Of a DNA stretch of 64,000 nt, positions 1 to 8,692 are shown piece after piece. A model generated the notes under the pieces. It worked only from the letters and a program-made list of their open reading frames with translations, was not told where the DNA came from and did not search any database. Every line of letters starts with the position of its first letter. The first letter of the stretch is position 1. The stretch is from contig CAYZIY010000002.1 in NCBI GenBank assembly GCA_964478715.1, positions 35,179 to 99,178 on the forward strand, read 5' to 3'. Made by a program: the position numbers and the translations under genes. This stretch comes from an uncultured Planctomycetales bacterium (GTDB lineage Bacteria; Omnitrophota; Gorgyraeia; Zapsychrales; JBDRMG01).

Positions 1-486
1 TTTGTGCCCAGCTATCTTCCGCCTCATAAAAGCAGTCGGATTGTGGCTCCCAGCAGAGACCGCTATCGGATGGCTCAAATGGCTACTGCCAATAATCTGT
101 TATTTGAAATATCGGATTTTGAAATCAATAAAAAGGGTCCCTCCTATACTATTGATACTATGTGGCACTTCAGGCGGCTTTATCCTCAGGATGTGCGTCT
201 GTATTTTATTATTGGAGGAGATACCCTGCCTCAGTTGAAGAAATGGAAATATATCGAAGATATTTTAAAAATAGCAACATTTATTGTTGTTAATCGTCCG
301 GGTCAATACCGAAAAACAAAAGGGATTAAATATCGATCAGTGACCATGCCCAGTATTGATATTTCCTCGTCTTATGTCCGCCGAAGAATCGCTTTGAGTA
401 AGACTGTTCGGTATTTCGTCCCTGATAAAGTTGTTGACTATATTGGTAGGCACAAACTCTATGGATCAAAAACAAAAAAGGAGTGA
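1..486 (+). CDS. nadD: Nicotinate-nucleotide adenylyltransferase (5'-truncated by window edge)
   Basis: PPHK, SYTIDT, FIIGGD..W and ISSS..R motifs of NadD; N-terminal HxGH lies outside the window. Confidence 0.9.
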   Translation, partial: FVPSYLPPHKSSRIVAPSRDRYRMAQMATANNLLFEISDFEINKKGPSYTIDTMWHFRRLYPQDVRLYFIIGGDTLPQLKKWKYIEDILKIATFIVVNRPGQYRKTKGIKYRSVTMPSIDISSSYVRRRIALSKTVRYFVPDKVVDYIGRHKLYGSKTKKE

Positions 487-491
487 CATCG

Positions 492-1922
492 ATGAATCAA
501 CCAGAGATTAAATCAGAAATCAAATTCGGAACAGATGGATGGAGAGCGGTTATTTCCGATAAGTTTACTTTTAAGAATGTCAGAGTTGTGGCGCAGGCGA
601 TCAGCGACTGGATCAATCGTCATTTGAAGGTTTCCAAGGGCATCAAAAAGCTTGTGGTCGTCGGATTTGATACACGTTTCTTATCCGATCAATATGCCGA
701 AATAGTTGCTTGTGTTTGTGCAGCCAATGGGATTGACGTCCTGCTTTCTGACGGCCCTATTCCCACGCCGACATTAAGTTTTGCGGTTACGCGATCAAAG
801 GCTTTGGCCGGTATTATGATTACGGCCAGTCATAATCCGGGGCAGTTTAACGGGATTAAAATAAAAACCGCGCAAGGAGGGGCTGCTTCCCGGGATATAA
901 CCAATATCGTTGAGAGCTATCTTGGCTACAATGAGATAAAGAGTTTAGGTAAAGAGGATGCTTTAAGAAGGAAGGTTGTTGTTGTCGCCGATTTAAAAAA
1001 GAAATATATCGAATTTTTAAGGAATTATCTTGATCTGAAAAAAATCAAAAATTCTCGTTCTAAGGTTTTAGCGGATATTATGCATGGAAGCGGGCAAACA
1101 TTGATGAAAGAGGTTTTAAGGGGAACAAAAGTCAGGTTATCTTTAATGCGCGAGGACATTAATCCCAATTTTGACGGCAAGAAACCGGAGCCAGTTGAAG
1201 AGTATGTGGGGGGGCTTCTTGCCAGGATCAATAAGGAGAAATTTGATTTAGGGCTGATTCTTGACGGTGACGCTGATCGTATTGCGGCGGCAACCGGTGA
1301 GGGGAAATATGTGAGTCCTCAAAAAATTCTCGGGTTGCTAATTCTTCATCTGGTGAGAAATCGCAAGGAAAGTGGTGGGGTTGTCAAAACGATTTGTGGG
1401 ACGACCATGCTTGATAAAATCGCAAGGAAATTGAAACTTAAACTTTATGAGACACCGGTGGGCTTCAAATATATATCAGATCTGATGGTGACTGAAGATA
1501 TTCTAGTCGGCGGGGAAGAAGCGGGCGGTATCGGTTTTCATAATTATATACCCGAAAGAGATGGAACTTTGGCGGGCTTAATGCTTTTGGAAATGATGGT
1601 GTCTGAGAAAAAGAGCCTTAAGCGTTTGATTGGGGATATGGAAAAAGAATTTGGTCAGTACTATTATGAGCGGGCCGATTTGGCCATCGATAGGAAACGC
1701 TACGACACTGAGAAAATTAAAAAGACAAGAAAATTATTAGGAAAAAAAATCATTGATATTAAAGATTTTGATGGCATCAAAATGATTTGTGAGGATGAAA
1801 GCTGGTTGATGTTTCGACCTTCCGGAACTGAGCCCTTGGTCAGGGTTTATGCGGAAGCAAAAAACCTGACCAAGGCCAGGAAGCTGGTTGATTTAGGAAA
1901 ATCAATTCTCAAAAAACTCTAA
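492..1922 (+). CDS. Phosphoglucomutase/phosphomannomutase family protein
   Basis: FGTDGWR, TASHNP phosphoserine loop, DGDADR metal loop, GEEAGG, RPSGTEP; ATG 492 follows AAGGAG (alternative GTG 483). Confidence 0.92.
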   Translation: MNQPEIKSEIKFGTDGWRAVISDKFTFKNVRVVAQAISDWINRHLKVSKGIKKLVVVGFDTRFLSDQYAEIVACVCAANGIDVLLSDGPIPTPTLSFAVTRSKALAGIMITASHNPGQFNGIKIKTAQGGAASRDITNIVESYLGYNEIKSLGKEDALRRKVVVVADLKKKYIEFLRNYLDLKKIKNSRSKVLADIMHGSGQTLMKEVLRGTKVRLSLMREDINPNFDGKKPEPVEEYVGGLLARINKEKFDLGLILDGDADRIAAATGEGKYVSPQKILGLLILHLVRNRKESGGVVKTICGTTMLDKIARKLKLKLYETPVGFKYISDLMVTEDILVGGEEAGGIGFHNYIPERDGTLAGLMLLEMMVSEKKSLKRLIGDMEKEFGQYYYERADLAIDRKRYDTEKIKKTRKLLGKKIIDIKDFDGIKMICEDESWLMFRPSGTEPLVRVYAEAKNLTKARKLVDLGKSILKKL

Positions 1923-1924
1923 CG

Positions 1925-2506
1925 ATGATATATCGTCTGACTAGGGCCTTAACGGTTTTCATCAGTAAAATTTTCTTTCCCGCCAAGGTCATTGGCAAAG
2001 AGCATATCCCAAAAGAAGGACACTTCATTATTGCCAGCAATCACCGAAGCAATCTGGATCCAGTTGTTCTGGCTATCTGTATTCCCTATAGAATTAGTTT
2101 TGTGGCTAAGGAATCTCTATTTCAAAAGAAATTTCTCGGATGGTACTTGCCTAAATTAGAGGCATTTCCTATCAGGAGAAATGTATCAGATTTCCGGGCA
2201 ATTCGGGAGGCTTTAAGAAGGATTAAAAAGTTTCGTGGAACTTTGATTTTTCCGGAAGGCAGACGAAATGCGCAAGAGGGTGAAGTTCAATCAGGCGTTG
2301 GATTTTTGGCTCGTAAAGCCGGGGTGCCCGTTATCCCGGTGAACATTAGTGGAACAGAGAGAATGATGCCTCAGGGTTCAAAGCGCTTTAAGAGATTCCG
2401 CCAGCGAATAAGAGTGGTTTTTGGCCCCGCGATTATAATTGATCCTAAATCCTCATTTCATGATATTTCAAAAAAGATTGTTCAGGAAATCAAGGCTTTG
2501 GAATAG
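1925..2506 (+). CDS. plsC: 1-acyl-sn-glycerol-3-phosphate acyltransferase
   Basis: NHRSNLD (HX4D) and FPEG motifs; position upstream of rpsA. Confidence 0.85.
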   Translation: MIYRLTRALTVFISKIFFPAKVIGKEHIPKEGHFIIASNHRSNLDPVVLAICIPYRISFVAKESLFQKKFLGWYLPKLEAFPIRRNVSDFRAIREALRRIKKFRGTLIFPEGRRNAQEGEVQSGVGFLARKAGVPVIPVNISGTERMMPQGSKRFKRFRQRIRVVFGPAIIIDPKSSFHDISKKIVQEIKALE

Positions 2507-2566
2507 TTAGACTTCCGATCTTTTATTACAAATTTTTCAACCATAAATTTCAACCCAAAAATAGTG

Positions 2567-2595
2567 TTGACAAAAAGAGGCTTTTCGAAGATAAT
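2567..2595 (+). promoter_or_regulatory. Sigma70-type promoter of rpsA
   Basis: TTGACA-17 bp-GATAAT. Confidence 0.7.
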
Positions 2596-2664
2596 CTATT
2601 TCTTCAGCGAGTCTCGAAAAATGAGATTTTCTGGAAATTTTTGAAAGGATAAAGTAAAGTTATC

Positions 2665-4212
2665 ATGGAAAACGAAAAGATGAATCTAGAGGCGCTTTAC
2701 AATCAATCAATGAAAAGCTTCTCGGAAGGGGAGATCGTTCAAGGGAAGATCATCGAGATCACCGATAAGGACGTGATCATTGACATTGGATTTAAAAGCG
2801 AGGGATTTGTTCCTAAAGAGGAATTCAGAGATCCGCGAATTTTGGTTAAAGATAAGGAGATTGATGTTCTGATCGAATCGATGGAAGATGAGGACGGGCG
2901 TTTGATTCTCTCTCATGAAAAAGCCGAGAAATTTAAAGGTTGGCAAAAAATTTCTTCGGATGCTAAGGAAGGGGATACAGTCCAGGGACGCGTCGTTCGC
3001 CAAGTTAAGGGCGGTTATATTGTTGATGTTTTTGGCGTTGAAGCATTCTTGCCGATGTCTTTATCTGCTTTTAGAGGAATGAATCCTGAAGAAATCTTAG
3101 CTTCGCAATATGATTTTCAAATTGCCAAAATCAATAAACAAAGACGTAACCTGATTATCTCCCGAAGAGATGTGGTTCAGAAAGAACGGGAAAAAGCGAG
3201 AGCCAAGGCCTGGGATGAGCTCAATAAAGGAGAAAAGCGCAAAGGACGCGTTAAAAGCATAACGGATTTTGGAGCTTTCATTGATTTAGGCGGCGTGGAT
3301 GGGCTTTTGCATATTACGGATATGAGCTGGTCGCGGATCAATCATCCTTCCGAAGTTGTCGCGGTCGGTAATGAGATTGAGGTTCTGGTGTTGGACTATG
3401 ATCGAGAGAACTCCAAAGTTTCGCTGGGTCTTAAACAAATTATTACTAATCCCTGGGAGAATATCGAGGAAAAATATCCGCTTAATTCCAAAGTAAAGGC
3501 TAAAGTAGTGAACATTATGCCCTATGGTGTCTTTCTCGAATTGGAAAAAGGAATTGAAGGCCTATTGCACGCCTCAGAAATCTCATGGCAGAAAAAGATG
3601 GTGAATCCACAGGAAATGTTTGCTATCGGCGATATGATTGAAGTCCAGATTATCAGTATCGATAAAAATGCCAGACGTATTTCTTTGAGCCTGAAACAGC
3701 TCGAGGCCAATCCGTGGCTGGAGGCAGAAGAAAAATATCCCATCAATAAAAAGGTAGAAGGTCGGATTAAGGGATTTACCGATTATGGCGCCTTTGTGGA
3801 GCTGGACAATAATCTCGAGGGGATGATTCATGTCTCTGATATGTCCTGGACCAAGAAAATCAATCATCCTCAAGAGGTTTTAAAAAAAGGTCAGATGGCT
3901 GAAGTTATTGTCCTGGCCGTAGATGGCGAGAATCGCAAGATTACATTGGGCCTCAAACAGGTTCAGGAGAATCCTTGGCCGGCCATAGCAGAGAAATATC
4001 CGGTGGGCCTCGAAGTAGAAGCCGAAGTCGTCATGAATTCGAATTTCGGTGTTTTTGTTAAGATCGAGGAAAATTTGGAAGCTTTGATTTATTCTTCGGA
4101 AATTGAAAAAGCAACGGCGGAAAAATTGAATGCTGGCGACAAAATAAAAGTTCGGATCATTAAGGTTGATGTCGAGCAAATGAAAATCGGCGTCAGCGCA
4201 CGTCTATCGTAA
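2665..4212 (+). CDS. rpsA: 30S ribosomal protein S1
   Basis: Six S1 repeats (e.g. ITDFGAFIDLGGVDGLLHITDMSW). Confidence 0.97.
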   Translation: MENEKMNLEALYNQSMKSFSEGEIVQGKIIEITDKDVIIDIGFKSEGFVPKEEFRDPRILVKDKEIDVLIESMEDEDGRLILSHEKAEKFKGWQKISSDAKEGDTVQGRVVRQVKGGYIVDVFGVEAFLPMSLSAFRGMNPEEILASQYDFQIAKINKQRRNLIISRRDVVQKEREKARAKAWDELNKGEKRKGRVKSITDFGAFIDLGGVDGLLHITDMSWSRINHPSEVVAVGNEIEVLVLDYDRENSKVSLGLKQIITNPWENIEEKYPLNSKVKAKVVNIMPYGVFLELEKGIEGLLHASEISWQKKMVNPQEMFAIGDMIEVQIISIDKNARRISLSLKQLEANPWLEAEEKYPINKKVEGRIKGFTDYGAFVELDNNLEGMIHVSDMSWTKKINHPQEVLKKGQMAEVIVLAVDGENRKITLGLKQVQENPWPAIAEKYPVGLEVEAEVVMNSNFGVFVKIEENLEALIYSSEIEKATAEKLNAGDKIKVRIIKVDVEQMKIGVSARLS

Positions 4213-4221
4213 GACTTGCCT

Positions 4222-5394
4222 ATGCCATCCTCTGGTGATCAAATTCTTCAAACCCTGCTGCGTGGTGTTGTGGATATTGTCGGCAAAGACCAGCTAAGAG
4301 CCATGTTGGCGCAGTCTTGCAAACCGCGTCAGACTCTGGTCGTAAAAGCGGGTTTTGATCCGACGGCACCGGACATTCATCTCGGTCATGTTGTTTTGTT
4401 AAAGAAACTTCGCCAGTTCCAGGATGCTGGCCATAGGTTATATTTTCTGATAGGAGATTTTACCGCGCAAATCGGCGATCCATCCGGTCGTGATCAATCA
4501 AGGCCGAAGATGAATCCCGATGAGATCAAAAAAAACGCACAAACCTACAAAGCCCAGGTTTTTAAAATCCTTGACTCTAAAAAAACAAAAGTTGTTTTCA
4601 ACAGTAGATGGCTCATGAGACTAAGCTCCCAAGATATTTGTGATCTGGCATCGCATTGTACCGTTGCTCAAATGTTGGCCAGAGCCGATTTTAAGAAACG
4701 TTACGAAGAGCAAAAAGAAATCAGTATGCTAGAATTTCTTTATCCGCTTTTACAAGCTTACGATTCTGTTTGCTTAAAGGCTGATATTGAACTGGGGGGC
4801 TCTGATCAGAAATTTAATCTTCTGATGGGTCGACAGCTTCAGGAAGCTTATGGAATGAAACCTCAAGTCGTCCTGATGATGCCTCTTTTGGAAGGGACGG
4901 ATGGCAGTAAAAAAATGAGCAAGTCTCTGGGTAATTATATTGGGATAAATGAAACGCCCTGTGAAATATTCGGAAAAATTATGTCTATCAGCGATTCTTT
5001 AATGATGCGTTATTATGAATTGTTGACCGAGGAAGATTTAAACGTTATTAAAGAGATGCATCCCAAAGAAGCAAAAATGCATCTGGCAGAAGGAATCGTG
5101 AAAGAGTTTTGCGGGGTCACTGAATCCCTCAGAGCTAGGGAGCATTTTCAGAAGGTTTTCAGTCAAAAAGAAGTACCCGATGAAATCCCGGTATATCAGT
5201 ATCATGATCGTCAAACTATTTTGGAGGTTTTGGTTGATGCTCATATAGTGCCGTCTAAATCAGAAGCAAGAAGGTTGATTAAGCAAAATGCGGTTTCTCT
5301 GGATGGTTCGAAGATTTACGACGAGCAAACATTGCCTTCTCCCGGAATTCTAAAAGTGGGCAAAAGGAGGTTTTGTGCGCTTAAAAAGCCCTGA
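4222..5394 (+). CDS. tyrS: Tyrosine--tRNA ligase
   Basis: GFDPTAPDIHLGH, KMSKS, C-terminal S4-like domain; ATG 4222 (alternative TTG 4216). Confidence 0.96.
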   Translation: MPSSGDQILQTLLRGVVDIVGKDQLRAMLAQSCKPRQTLVVKAGFDPTAPDIHLGHVVLLKKLRQFQDAGHRLYFLIGDFTAQIGDPSGRDQSRPKMNPDEIKKNAQTYKAQVFKILDSKKTKVVFNSRWLMRLSSQDICDLASHCTVAQMLARADFKKRYEEQKEISMLEFLYPLLQAYDSVCLKADIELGGSDQKFNLLMGRQLQEAYGMKPQVVLMMPLLEGTDGSKKMSKSLGNYIGINETPCEIFGKIMSISDSLMMRYYELLTEEDLNVIKEMHPKEAKMHLAEGIVKEFCGVTESLRAREHFQKVFSQKEVPDEIPVYQYHDRQTILEVLVDAHIVPSKSEARRLIKQNAVSLDGSKIYDEQTLPSPGILKVGKRRFCALKKP

Positions 5395-5449
5395 ATTATT
5401 TAAGTGATTTAAAGTGAATACCTTGCAATCCTAAAATATAATAAAAAAC

Positions 5450-5478
5450 TTGACATATAATTATTATAACGTTATACT
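5450..5478 (+). promoter_or_regulatory. Strong sigma70-type promoter upstream of tRNA-Thr and the ribosomal superoperon
   Basis: TTGACA-17 bp-TATACT with AT-rich upstream tract. Confidence 0.8.
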
Positions 5479-5493
5479 TAAGCATTTCAAATT

Positions 5494-5566
<73 letters not shown>

Positions 5567-5606
5567 CTGTGTCAATTTCCACACGAGATAAAAAAGTATT
5601 GTCGAG

Positions 5607-5759
5607 ATGCGAGAAAATATTAGATTTGAGTGTACAGTTTGTAAAAGAATTAATTACAATTCGACAAAGGATAAAAAGAAACATCCCGATCGGATTGAAT
5701 TGAAGAAATATTGTCCCTTTGATCGCAAGCATACGATTCACCGGGAAATGAAAAAATAG
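5607..5759 (+). CDS. rpmG: 50S ribosomal protein L33 (not in ORF track)
   Basis: Manual translation [50 protein letters not shown]; conserved position before tRNA-Trp/secE. Confidence 0.95.
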   Translation: MRENIRFECTVCKRINYNSTKDKKKHPDRIELKKYCPFDRKHTIHREMKK

Positions 5760-5765
5760 GTTGAT

Positions 5766-5839
5766 AGGCCTGTAGCTCCAACTGGCAGAGCGACGGTCTC
5801 CAAAACCGAAGGTTGCAGGTTCGAATCCTGCCAGGCCTG
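5766..5839 (+). tRNA. tRNA-Trp(CCA)
   Basis: Acceptor AGGCCTG/CAGGCCT, anticodon loop CTCCAAA, T arm GCAGG-TTCGAAT-CCTGC; CCA end not encoded. Confidence 0.96.
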
Positions 5840-5853
5840 AAGAAGGAAAGATT

Positions 5854-6042
5854 ATGCTGATCGGCAAAGTAAGAAAATTTATTAATGAAGTGATCGTGGA
5901 ACTTAGGAAAGTTTCATGGTCATCACGTAAAGAGTTGATGGAGGCCACATGGTTGGTTCTCATCAGTACGACTATCTTAGGGTGCTATGTAGGGATCATT
6001 GATTTCGTTCTTTCAAAGTTTCTGGGATTAATTATTCAATGA
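5854..6042 (+). CDS. secE: Preprotein translocase subunit SecE (single-TM type)
   Basis: ELRKVSW motif plus one TM helix, upstream of nusG. Confidence 0.93.
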   Translation: MLIGKVRKFINEVIVELRKVSWSSRKELMEATWLVLISTTILGCYVGIIDFVLSKFLGLIIQ

Positions 6043-6566
6043 GAAAGTGGTACGTTGTTCACACTCAAACCGGCTCGGAAGAGAAGGCCAAAGCAGGCCT
6101 TGAGAGTCGCGTAGAGTCTACCCAGCTCAAAGAATATCTAGAAGAGATTATCGTACCAACGGAACAAGTTTCGGAAATCAGAAGCGGAAAAAAGAAAGTT
6201 TCCGCCAGAAAGTTTTTTCCGGGTTATCTCCTTGTCAAAATGGAGATGAATAAAGAAAGCTGGTATCTGGTCAAATCTACGCCGGGCATAACCGGATTTA
6301 TCGGACCAGGCAAGCGACCATCTCCGCTATCAGAAGAAGAAGTCGACAATATTCTCAAGCGTACGCGTGACACCGAAGTCAAGCCAAGCCCTAAGACCTC
6401 GTTTGATATTGGTGAACCGATCCGTATTGCGCAGGGACCTTTTGCGAATTTTAACGGTTCTGTGGTAGAAGTATTTCCGGAACGAGGAAAATTAAAAGTT
6501 AGTGTTTCAATTTTTGGGCGTTCCACACTGGTTGAGCTCGAATACTGGCAAGTCGAAAAAATTTAG
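6039..6566 (+). CDS. nusG: Transcription termination/antitermination factor NusG
   Basis: WYVVHT, FPGY, KOW (GPFANF), IFGR. Confidence 0.97.
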   Translation: MRKWYVVHTQTGSEEKAKAGLESRVESTQLKEYLEEIIVPTEQVSEIRSGKKKVSARKFFPGYLLVKMEMNKESWYLVKSTPGITGFIGPGKRPSPLSEEEVDNILKRTRDTEVKPSPKTSFDIGEPIRIAQGPFANFNGSVVEVFPERGKLKVSVSIFGRSTLVELEYWQVEKI

Positions 6567-6579
6567 AAAAGGTTGAATC

Positions 6580-7005
6580 GTGGCAAAAGAAGCAGTTGCT
6601 CAAATTAAATTATATGTTCCAGCTGGACAGGCTAATCCCGCCCCCCCGGTAGGTCCCGCGCTGGGTCAGCATGGCGTTAACATCATGATGTTCTGCAAGC
6701 AGTTTAATGAAAAAACAAAAGGTAAAGAGGGTTTGATTTTTCCAGCTATAATTACGGTCTACAAAGATCGATCTTTTAGTTTTATCATCAAAACGCCGCC
6801 GAGTTCAGTCCTCATTAAAAAAGCGGCCAATTTAGCGAAGGCCTCAGGAATTGCTGGAAAAGAAAAGATTGCCACACTGACAAAAAAACAGGTTCAAGAA
6901 ATCGCTGCACAAAAAATGGAAGATTTAAATACTGTTGATGTGGAAGAAGCGATTAAGATTATATCGGGAACAGCCCGCAGTATGGGAATTGAGGTGACCG
7001 AATAA
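6580..7005 (+). CDS. rplK: 50S ribosomal protein L11
   Basis: [22 protein letters not shown]. Confidence 0.98.
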   Translation: MAKEAVAQIKLYVPAGQANPAPPVGPALGQHGVNIMMFCKQFNEKTKGKEGLIFPAIITVYKDRSFSFIIKTPPSSVLIKKAANLAKASGIAGKEKIATLTKKQVQEIAAQKMEDLNTVDVEEAIKIISGTARSMGIEVTE

Positions 7006-7685
7006 TGGGATACGTTTCCAAAAGATTAAAGGTTGTTGAAGATGAGTTTGCAAAAAATGAAATATATTCCCTAGATAAGGCTATTGAGAAATTAGCGAAA
7101 GCGCCGAAAACAAAATTCGATGAAACCGTCGAAATGCATTTTCATTTGAATATTGATCCTAAGAATACGGAACAGATGATCCGCGGAACAGTGATTTTGC
7201 CCCATGGAACAGGGAAGAAAGTCCGTATTGCCGTTTTTTGCAAAGGAGACAATGCCCAGAAAGCGAAGGAATTAGGAGCTGATTATGTGGGTGCTGAAGA
7301 CTTGATCGATAAGGTGTCTAGCGGCTTTTTGGATTTTGATCGCACTATTGCCACACCGGATATAATGCGCGATTTATCTCGCTTGGGTAAAATTTTGGGA
7401 CCAAGAGGATTAATGCCATCTCCCAAGTCGGGCACTGTCACAAACGATATTCCTAAAGCCATCGATGAAGTCAAAGCAGGAAAAATTCAATATAAGTCAG
7501 ATAAACAAGGCGGCATACATGTTGGGATCGGCAAGAGATCTTTTGAGCTGAAAAAAATTCAAGATAATGCCCAAAAAGTGTTTGAGACAATCAATCATGC
7601 CAAACCGGGTTCCATCAAGGGCGTCTTCTTAAAAAGTCTTTATCTCACGACCACAATGGGCCCAAGTGTAAAGGTGAGCGTATGA
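7005..7685 (+). CDS. rplA: 50S ribosomal protein L1
   Basis: KFDETVE, LPHGTGK, LGPRGLMP, TTMGP. Confidence 0.98.
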   Translation: MGYVSKRLKVVEDEFAKNEIYSLDKAIEKLAKAPKTKFDETVEMHFHLNIDPKNTEQMIRGTVILPHGTGKKVRIAVFCKGDNAQKAKELGADYVGAEDLIDKVSSGFLDFDRTIATPDIMRDLSRLGKILGPRGLMPSPKSGTVTNDIPKAIDEVKAGKIQYKSDKQGGIHVGIGKRSFELKKIQDNAQKVFETINHAKPGSIKGVFLKSLYLTTTMGPSVKVSV

Positions 7686-8212
7686 AGCGTGTAGGGACAA
7701 TCATTCGCGAAACTATGACAGGCCGTATTAAGGAAGGCTTTGATCAGAACCAGAACATTTTTCTGATGGGTTATAGCAATATTTCATCCAGCGAAATTGG
7801 TGAACTGAGAAAGAGCCTCAAGAAATTGGGTGCCCAGCTACATGTTATCAGAAATAAAATGGCCAAGCGCGCTTTAGACGATCTTCAATTTATCGATATT
7901 GGTAACGTAGTTAAAGGGCAAACGGCTTTTGTTTGGAGCAATGCAGATTCGGTTGAGGTGTCCAAGACATTGATGGATTTCTCTAGAAAGCGTGAGGGCG
8001 TTATTGTCAAAGGTGGTGTTCTGGAAGGAAAAACTATCTGCGAAAACGACATTAAACGACTATCGGATTTGCCTTCGCGAGATGTTCTCTATGCAATGGT
8101 TTTGGGAGCGATTCAGTCACCGCTAACAAGATTAGCCAGCGCTCTTAATGCCAAGACAAAAGATTTATTATCATTGTTGAAACAATTAAGCGAAAAAAAG
8201 GGAGGTAAATGA
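7682..8212 (+). CDS. rplJ: 50S ribosomal protein L10
   Basis: LRK..RNK, KGG..EG, LPS motifs; between rplA and rplL. Confidence 0.93.
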   Translation: MKRVGTIIRETMTGRIKEGFDQNQNIFLMGYSNISSSEIGELRKSLKKLGAQLHVIRNKMAKRALDDLQFIDIGNVVKGQTAFVWSNADSVEVSKTLMDFSRKREGVIVKGGVLEGKTICENDIKRLSDLPSRDVLYAMVLGAIQSPLTRLASALNAKTKDLLSLLKQLSEKKGGK

Positions 8213-8213
8213 A

Positions 8214-8645
8214 ATGGCCGAGAACACTGTTGAAGAGAAAAAGCAGAGTGTGGAGCTCTCGCCAAAACTCGAAGAACTCATTAAGCAGATTGAAGGCTTA
8301 ACAGCTTTAGAACTTTCTGATTTAGTGAAGGGAATCGAGGACAAATTTGGTATTCAGGCAGCAGCTCCGATGATGGCCGGTCCGATGATGGTCGGAGGTG
8401 CCGCTGGAGGTGGCGCGGCTCCAGCAGAAGAGAAAACATCTTTTGATGTGGTGCTTGCCGAGGTCGGCGGAAACAAGATTGGCGTTATTAAAGAGGTTCG
8501 CGCCGCCACCAATTTGGGACTGAAGGAAGCTAAAGATCTTGTTGAATCAGCTCCAAAAGCGATCAAAGAAGGCGCGACCAAGGAAGAAGCTGAAGAGCTC
8601 AAGAAAAAGCTGGAAGCCGCTGGCGCCAAAATTGAATTAAAATAA
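8214..8645 (+). CDS. rplL: 50S ribosomal protein L7/L12
   Basis: Ala/Gly hinge, [24 protein letters not shown]. Confidence 0.98.
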   Translation: MAENTVEEKKQSVELSPKLEELIKQIEGLTALELSDLVKGIEDKFGIQAAAPMMAGPMMVGGAAGGGAAPAEEKTSFDVVLAEVGGNKIGVIKEVRAATNLGLKEAKDLVESAPKAIKEGATKEEAEELKKKLEAAGAKIELK

Positions 8646-8692
8646 TTGATTGAAGTTTGTCCATCCATCAATCAGCGTAAAGAAAGACAAGT

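Noticed and set aside
2665-4212. Internal repeats in rpsA
   Set aside because: Ordinary S1 domain repeats.
5465-5476. Perfect palindrome TATAACGTTATA overlapping the -10 box
   Set aside because: AT-rich context and no second copy noticed; cannot support an operator call.
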